Below, one piece after another: positions 35,955 through 41,249 of a stretch of DNA of 41,249 nt. Within the stretch, counting starts at the first letter, position 1. Each line of letters begins with the position of its first letter. The stretch spans positions 1-41,249 of the forward strand of contig JBEVNX010000217.1 in assembly GCA_040507895.1 (NCBI GenBank). The letters are read 5' to 3'. The notes beneath the pieces are model-generated. The model had not been told where the DNA came from, did not search any database, and saw only the letters and a list, made by a program, of their open reading frames with translations. The position numbers and the translations under genes were made by a program. Origin of the DNA: Candidatus Binatia bacterium. Lineage in GTDB: Bacteria; Desulfobacterota; Binatia; JACPRU01.

Positions 35955-37382
35955 TTAGAATGTGTGGCCGAACACCAAGTAGACCAGTCCCTTCTCTTCG
36001 TCACTGAACCCGACGTCGATACGCGCTACTAGCGCTTCGCCGAGGGCGATGCGTGTGCCGCCGCCGTAGCTGTACCGGAAGTCATTGTTGGTAGGCGGGA
36101 TGGTCGCGACCGGCTGGCCGAGGTCCACTGCGATGTCCTCGTCGCCGATGAATACCCGTCCAGCGTCCCCGAACACCACGCCGTCTATCTGAATGTCCCA
36201 GATCTTGAAGAAGCTGAAATCCAGCAGCTTCAAGCGATATTCGAGATTGGTGACCACGTTGCTCGTACCGAGAAAGCGATCCTCGAAGTATCCACGCAAG
36301 TCGCGCGAGCCGCCGAGCGAGGAGAACTCGTAGAAAGGCGCTCGACGCCGCTTGGTATCGATGTACTGGCCGCCGAGATGCAGCCCGAGCACCTGTCGGC
36401 GCCAGATCAACGGATAGAGGTAGCTCCCGTCGAGCGTGTAGCGCGTGTAGTGGAAATCGTTTCCGAGACCGTTCGGTACCCACGTCGCCTTGGCGATGAT
36501 GCTCCAGCCGCGCGTCGGCCGCGCCGCCTCCTGTCGATCGTTGAAAAGCACCGACAGCGAAAGCGGATTCGTCTTTCCCCCGTGGATGCCGACCAGATCC
36601 GGGAAGAGTGAAGCGGTCGACGGCACATCGTCCTCGAGATGACCGTGGCTGATCTGCACCTGGTTGTACGCTCCGGAAGCAACCACGGCGAAGCGCCGCG
36701 ACAGGCGAAGACCGAGAGCCAACGTTCCATAGAAGCGCTCGTAGCGGTTGGTCGACAGCTCGTCGGGCCCGACGTTGTTGTTGCCGAGGCCGAAGAATTC
36801 CTTGGTGGGGTCCGCGTAGTACTCGCCTTCCGCCAACATCAGCAAACGGTCGCTGAAGAACGACGGCGAGATCAGGATCGTATCGAGATGAAACTGGCCC
36901 CTCAGCGCCGCGCTGGCCGCCAGGTCGAGCGTCAAATGCAGCGGTGATATGTCGCGGTCCTTGAACTTGATGCCGCCGTTGGGGCCCTTCTCCGGCGTAT
37001 AGCCGATCTGCGGGAGAATTGCCCAAGACTTCTGCGGCTCGGCGGCAGGAGGCTGCTGCGCGCCCCCGGCGGGCTTTTCGGGCGTCGCACCTTCCACTTT
37101 CTCCGGCGTGCCCTCCTCGGCCTTCTTCGGCGCTTCCTCGGCTTTCTCTCCTTCGGCTTTCTCTCTTTCGGCTTTCTCTTCCCCTCCCTGCGCTTTGGCC
37201 TTCTCCGCCCGTCCGGCCTGGATCACGTCGATGAGGCTTCGCTCCGTAGCGATCGGATCCTGCTCCGCGTGCGCGGCGGCCACGAGCGCGCATGCCAGTG
37301 CCGCGGCGAGCCGTATTCGTCTAGCTCCGAAGACTGATAGCGTTCCTCTTCGCGAAAAAGCACCACTCCCAGCTGTGACCAA
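35955..37382 (-). CDS. Omp85/BamA-TamA family outer-membrane beta-barrel protein (start uncertain)
   Basis: Signal peptide ending AAHA; LGG..DLRGY..DRF loop-6 motif; NLEYR, FGDAGRV; terminal Phe (GHTF). Confidence 0.85.
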   Translation of the reverse strand: MVTAGSGAFSRRGTLSVFGARRIRLAAALACALVAAAHAEQDPIATERSLIDVIQAGRAEKAKAQGGEEKAEREKAEGEKAEEAPKKAEEGTPEKVEGATPEKPAGGAQQPPAAEPQKSWAILPQIGYTPEKGPNGGIKFKDRDISPLHLTLDLAASAALRGQFHLDTILISPSFFSDRLLMLAEGEYYADPTKEFFGLGNNNVGPDELSTNRYERFYGTLALGLRLSRRFAVVASGAYNQVQISHGHLEDDVPSTASLFPDLVGIHGGKTNPLSLSVLFNDRQEAARPTRGWSIIAKATWVPNGLGNDFHYTRYTLDGSYLYPLIWRRQVLGLHLGGQYIDTKRRRAPFYEFSSLGGSRDLRGYFEDRFLGTSNVVTNLEYRLKLLDFSFFKIWDIQIDGVVFGDAGRVFIGDEDIAVDLGQPVATIPPTNNDFRYSYGGGTRIALGEALVARIDVGFSDEEKGLVYLVFGHTF

Positions 37383-37711
37383 CTCGCACCTTTCGAGCTC
37401 GGCAGACCGAGGTCGGCCGTCTCCACTACAGACAAGTTTACCGGACACAGGGGTAAACTCCGCCGTGCGTCCAGGTTTCGCTGAGAGCTCTTGGCCAATC
37501 CCCATTGGTCCGTCGGCCGACGTCGATCTGCCGACGTTGCCGATCCATCGACACCCCCCACGGCCCAGTGCGTCGCAACGTTGGATCGCGCGGGTTGTTT
37601 CTATCCTATCGGGATTTAGATGCTCGCGCAGCTCGGCGCCGTGCGTGGATTGGCCGGCGCGACCAAGGATGCGTCCTTGCCATGCCGCGAGCGCAAGAAG
37701 GAGGTTCTCCA

Positions 37712-37909
37712 ATGATGTCCACCTCGAGATTCCTAGTGGCTATGGCTACGATCCTGGTTCTCCTCGGAGCCGCCGCCTGCAAGCAATACGACACGACCGA
37801 CACGACGCCCCCGGCGCCCAGCGCTTCGGTGCCGCGCGACAGCGAACGAGCGATGCCAGACGTGAACCGCCAGCCGCAATCCGAAAGACCCAATCCCAGC
37901 ACTCCATAG
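37712..37909 (+). CDS. Small proline-rich lipoprotein
   Basis: RBS AAGGAGG; lipobox AAAC. Confidence 0.7.
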   Translation: MMSTSRFLVAMATILVLLGAAACKQYDTTDTTPPAPSASVPRDSERAMPDVNRQPQSERPNPSTP

Positions 37910-37947
37910 AGCTGTGCGAATAAGCGACTAGATCAGCCGCGGTAAAG

Positions 37948-38115
37948 TCACAGTTTCATTACTACCTGGATCCCGATGACTACAGGTACTACTTTCGCGA
38001 AGGCTTTCACCGAGTATACGAGGACGGCTACAACGACAGGTACGAGTTTGGGTACCAGTCCGACGGGTCGTGGGGCGTCCTGGGCGACGTCTTGTTGCTC
38101 GTCCTGAATCTCCAT
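37948..38115 (-). CDS. Hypothetical small Val-rich membrane protein
   Basis: RBS GGAGGGG; MEIQDEQQ... followed by hydrophobic segments. Confidence 0.4.
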   Translation of the reverse strand: MEIQDEQQDVAQDAPRPVGLVPKLVPVVVAVLVYSVKAFAKVVPVVIGIQVVMKL

Positions 38116-38231
38116 CCCCTCCAGTGAGCCGGGCGTGCCCACGACGTGGGCGGCAACTCGCGCCGCGTCCGGGGAAACTCGGGAGGGCGCTCTCGCGCTC
38201 GTCGGGGGTAGGGAAGCGGGCGGGCGCCGGC

Positions 38232-38465
38232 CTACAGGCGGGCGGTTCGCGGAAAGCCGAGGCGCTCGAGGCTGCGGCGTATATCGGAGAGCTCCAGCTC
38301 GATTTCCTGTCGCCGTCGATACGAGGTCTCACTGACGAATCGGACCTGCTCGATCAAAAGCTCTTCCCGCTCGATCAGCGCGGCTGCCCGGATCGCCGCC
38401 GACGGGGGCACGGACAGCCTGCGAGTCTTCTCGGTCCGGTGTATGGTGGGCAGCCGGCTTGCCAT
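38232..38465 (-). CDS. Hypothetical small coiled-coil protein
   Basis: MASRLPT...IEREELLIEQ...EIELELSDIRRSLERLG; GGAAGGA upstream. Confidence 0.4.
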   Translation of the reverse strand: MASRLPTIHRTEKTRRLSVPPSAAIRAAALIEREELLIEQVRFVSETSYRRRQEIELELSDIRRSLERLGFPRTARL

Positions 38466-39160
38466 CGTTGAGAATCCTTCCCAAAACCGAACCAGCGAAG
38501 ACCGATTCGATTGAGCTACCGAGCCGGTTTCTCGACCGTCCGAGATTGAACGGCCTTGAATTTGCGCCCTTGAGCCAGGCTCTACATCCGGAAGTCGCCG
38601 CCATCCTGCAGGCCAACCGTTTCGCTCGCTTTCTCGCCAGGGGCACGCTGCCGCGGGTGCTCGATGATGCCGGAACGAGGCTCTGCGGGTGGTGCCGGTT
38701 CCCGCTCGACCGGCGGACCACCGCTTGGTGCTCCGACGAATGCGCGGACGAGTTCTGGATTCGGTTTTCCCGAACGCATGTGGCCCGGCTCGTTCATCGG
38801 CGCGATCGGGGTGTGTGCGCGATTTGTGGCCTCGATACCGAGCAACTTTCACGCATCGTGGGCCGGCTGCGGGATCGGTCCGATCGCAGGTGGTTGCGCT
38901 CCGGCAACTACCGCGATCCGACCGACCTCGACGCCGCGCGTTGGGAGCGGATGCGCTCCGAGCTAGCCAGTCGCGGTTTCGGGTTCGTCGACCGGTGGCA
39001 CACGCCGACCCTTTGGGAAGCGGATCACATCGTTGCGATCATCGAAGGGGGCGGATGCTGCGGGCTCGAGAACTATCGAACGCTGTGCGTTCCCTGCCAC
39101 CGTGGGGAAACCCGCTTGCTTCGCAAGCGCATGCGTCGCCAGGGGAGCTTCCGGCTGTAG
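38459..39160 (+). CDS. HNH endonuclease with Zn-finger motifs (true start probably further downstream)
   Basis: CGWC..WCSDEC, RDRGVCAICG, WEADHIVAIIEGGG..GLENYRTLCVPCH. Confidence 0.85.
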   Translation: MPSLRILPKTEPAKTDSIELPSRFLDRPRLNGLEFAPLSQALHPEVAAILQANRFARFLARGTLPRVLDDAGTRLCGWCRFPLDRRTTAWCSDECADEFWIRFSRTHVARLVHRRDRGVCAICGLDTEQLSRIVGRLRDRSDRRWLRSGNYRDPTDLDAARWERMRSELASRGFGFVDRWHTPTLWEADHIVAIIEGGGCCGLENYRTLCVPCHRGETRLLRKRMRRQGSFRL

Positions 39161-39220
39161 CCGCGCCCACGGGACGCACACCGCCGAAGCGTGACGGCGA
39201 GAAGCCAGCTTGCGCGGCGT

Positions 39221-39721
39221 TCACGCAGTTCGCGGGACGCTACGTCGCTGCTGGTCGTCGCTCCCGGGCCGAGCGACCGAATGCTGGCGATCCGCCTGCG
39301 GCTCGACGCCGACTCCGTGCACGAACACCAACTCCCCGCCGAGCCAGCCGCCGAACGCGAGCGGGAACAGACCAAGCACCGAAAGCGCCAGCGACCACGA
39401 GAACGGAGTCTGGATCAAGCGAGAGAGGAAGCTCATGGCGAACATGAGCAGCGCGAAGAGGTTCAACGCAACGTGCAGCAGCACCGTCCGGAAGATCGGG
39501 CTCTTGCGCAAGTACAAGCCGTCCATCAACCCCGGGAAGGCCGCAGCGGCCGCGCCCACGATGCCGCCACCCAGCGCGTAGCAGGCGGTCACATTCCAGG
39601 CGGGCGCTTTGGTGACCAGGAAGACCAGATCGCAAGCGAATGAGAACACCCAAAGTCCGATCGGGATCCCGACCAGCATGGGGTGCACCGGGTGGTGGGC
39701 GACACGGGCAGGAGTCCTCAC
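39221..39721 (-). CDS. DUF2231-like membrane protein
   Basis: HPVHPMLV..PIGL, PGLMD, H..LN, GGWLGGELVF.HGVGV; RBS AAGGAGG. Confidence 0.88.
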   Translation of the reverse strand: MRTPARVAHHPVHPMLVGIPIGLWVFSFACDLVFLVTKAPAWNVTACYALGGGIVGAAAAAFPGLMDGLYLRKSPIFRTVLLHVALNLFALLMFAMSFLSRLIQTPFSWSLALSVLGLFPLAFGGWLGGELVFVHGVGVEPQADRQHSVARPGSDDQQRRSVPRTA

Positions 39722-39742
39722 GAGTCACCTCCTTCCACTTCC

Positions 39743-39767
39743 AACAAGACCCCGCCGATTCGGTTGC
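39743..39767 (-). promoter_or_regulatory. ECF-type promoter GCAAC-N17-GTT
   Basis: Minus strand gcaac cgaatcggcggggtctt gtt, just upstream of the DUF2231 RBS. Confidence 0.6.
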
Positions 39768-39769
39768 AG

Positions 39770-40651
39770 TCAGCGCGCGGCGCGACGTCGCTGCTTCATG
39801 GCCGGTCTGCGCACAGCTTCCTTGGATCGCCGGGCCGGCTTTCGCTTGGCCGATCGCGACGATCCCTTCGCGGTCGCCGATGTCCGCGACAAGCTGGCCT
39901 TGAGAGCCTCCATCAGGTCGATGACCTGCGCGCGTCCGCGCGCCGGGGGTGAGACGATCACCTCTTCCCCTTCGGCCTTCTTCCGAATCAAGGCCCGCAC
40001 GCGGTCGCGGACCTCGTCCGGGTAGCGCTCGGGATGAAATTCATCATTTTCCGCTTGCTCGATGAGACGCTCGGCCAGCTTCAGCTCGGAGTCCTTCACC
40101 GCACCCTCGCCTTTCTGGAGCTCGACCGGCTTTCGCAGCTCGCCTCGATGATGGAGCTGATGCAAAACGAGCGACTCTCCGAACGCGCGAAGCAACACCA
40201 GGTATTGCTTTCCCCGAGCCGCATAGCGTCCGAGCGCCACGCGATTCGCTTTGCGCAGAGCCTGCGCAAGCAGCCGGTATCCCTTCGCCCCGGCTCTGTC
40301 GGGGCCTAGATAGTACGCCTTCACGAAGTAGATCGGGTCAATCGTCTCCGCCGGCAGGAACTCCTCGATCTCGATCGTCTGCGTTGACACTTGCTCGACG
40401 GCTTCGAGCTCCTGCGGCGTGAACGTTACAAAGCTCCCTTTCGCGACCTCGTACCCCTTCACCATCTCGTTGCGCGGAACGACTTCGCGATCCTTGGGGC
40501 AGAAGTATTGGATCCGGAGCCGCGAGCCGCATTTTTCGTGGAGCCAGTGGAACGCGAGCGTGTCGGCAGATTCCCCGGCCGGATAGAGCTTTACGGGTAT
40601 GGAGACTAGGCCAAAAGAAATCGTTGCAGATGCCAGGGCTCGCGTCGGCAC
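39770..40651 (-). CDS. ku: Non-homologous end-joining protein Ku
   Basis: ISFGLVSIPVKLY, VKGYE, IDPIYF..YYLGP, VIDLMEALKASL and a basic tail; RBS GGAGG before GTG. Confidence 0.95.
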   Translation of the reverse strand: MPTRALASATISFGLVSIPVKLYPAGESADTLAFHWLHEKCGSRLRIQYFCPKDREVVPRNEMVKGYEVAKGSFVTFTPQELEAVEQVSTQTIEIEEFLPAETIDPIYFVKAYYLGPDRAGAKGYRLLAQALRKANRVALGRYAARGKQYLVLLRAFGESLVLHQLHHRGELRKPVELQKGEGAVKDSELKLAERLIEQAENDEFHPERYPDEVRDRVRALIRKKAEGEEVIVSPPARGRAQVIDLMEALKASLSRTSATAKGSSRSAKRKPARRSKEAVRRPAMKQRRRAAR

Positions 40652-40744
40652 GGCTCCTCCCAAGACACAAACGCCCGACGGGGCGATCGGTCGCTCGCCC
40701 AGTGCCGTATCTCGCTCAATGCCGGCGGCGGCGGCAGCGCGACT

Positions 40745-41249
40745 CGACTATCGCCAGCTCCTCGTGAGCGGGCGTCGTCCCACCACGATCTCATGGGTTT
40801 CTTTCCGAAACCGGCAGTTCCACGGTGAACACCGAGCCGCCCTCTGCAGGACAGTCGACCGAAACACGACCGCCATGCCCTGAAACGAACGTTCGCACGA
40901 GAAACAACCCCAAGCCCGTGCTGTCGCCGCTTCGCACCTCGCCCAGGCCATAGCGGGTGAAGAGCGAGGCACGCCGATCGACCGCAATGCCCCGCCCTTT
41001 GTGCTTGCTCTCGATTGCCTTCGGATCCTCGATGACCACGTTTGAAGCATTCAGGAGATGAGCTCGGGGTCGCTGGTATCTCCAGGGGGCCTCGACCGTT
41101 TCCATCGTCGTCGACGAGCGTGCGGCGCCCGGATCGAATCTATTATTCGTCTTTCGCCCCCTCCCTGTCCGCACTGGGATCCTCGGGGAGGATGATCTCG
41201 CCTTTGCTCTTCTTCTCGGCAACCCGTTTCCTGACGATGTCCGCCGCCG
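40745..41249 (-). pseudogene. Degraded histidine kinase C-terminus followed by a receiver-domain remnant
   Basis: TGLGLFLVR..V..HGGRVSV....GGSVFTVELP (G2 box) with degenerate N/G1 boxes and no H-box in frame; the ATGA-coupled downstream start reads like a broken MR.VV.DD receiver. Confidence 0.55.

Noticed and set aside
1-41249. rRNA, tRNA, IS elements, CRISPR arrays
   Set aside because: None recognised by eye; a covariance-model search was not possible.

Overview
High-GC, Gram-negative-type bacterial DNA (Tat export, Omp85 barrel, sigma54 activator); the gene content suggests Candidatus Binatota or a deltaproteobacterial relative, which is inference only. Two blocks. (1) Left end, 1-5.4 kb: a divergent copper membrane monooxygenase (CuMMO, pMMO/AMO superfamily) operon on the minus strand in the order D-C-A. 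The A subunit is missing from the ORF track and runs off the window edge. It lies back-to-back with a Tat-exported GMC flavoprotein dehydrogenase pair, followed by a cytochrome c. (2) About 5.5-41 kb: a large general-stress/desiccation island with surE, a DAG-kinase-family gene, a decayed GH15, YqjE/ElaB/YtxH/CsbD-like small proteins, an ECF sigma without an adjacent anti-sigma, a sigma54 response regulator, a family 1 encapsulin with ferritin-like cargo, Fe/Mn SOD, treY-treZ-treX, an RsbRST stressosome followed by two hybrid histidine kinases (no sigB in the window), TetR plus an acyl-CoA ligase, Omp85, HNH, DUF2231 and Ku. The strongest unannotated signal is a recurrent promoter-like motif, G-N-(A/G)-A-(C/T)-N16/17-GTT, found by eye in about 13 places upstream of island genes, including the ECF gene itself. 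This suggests an ECF-driven, SigB-independent general-stress regulon with partly bidirectional promoters. Family names come from motif recognition, not database searches.
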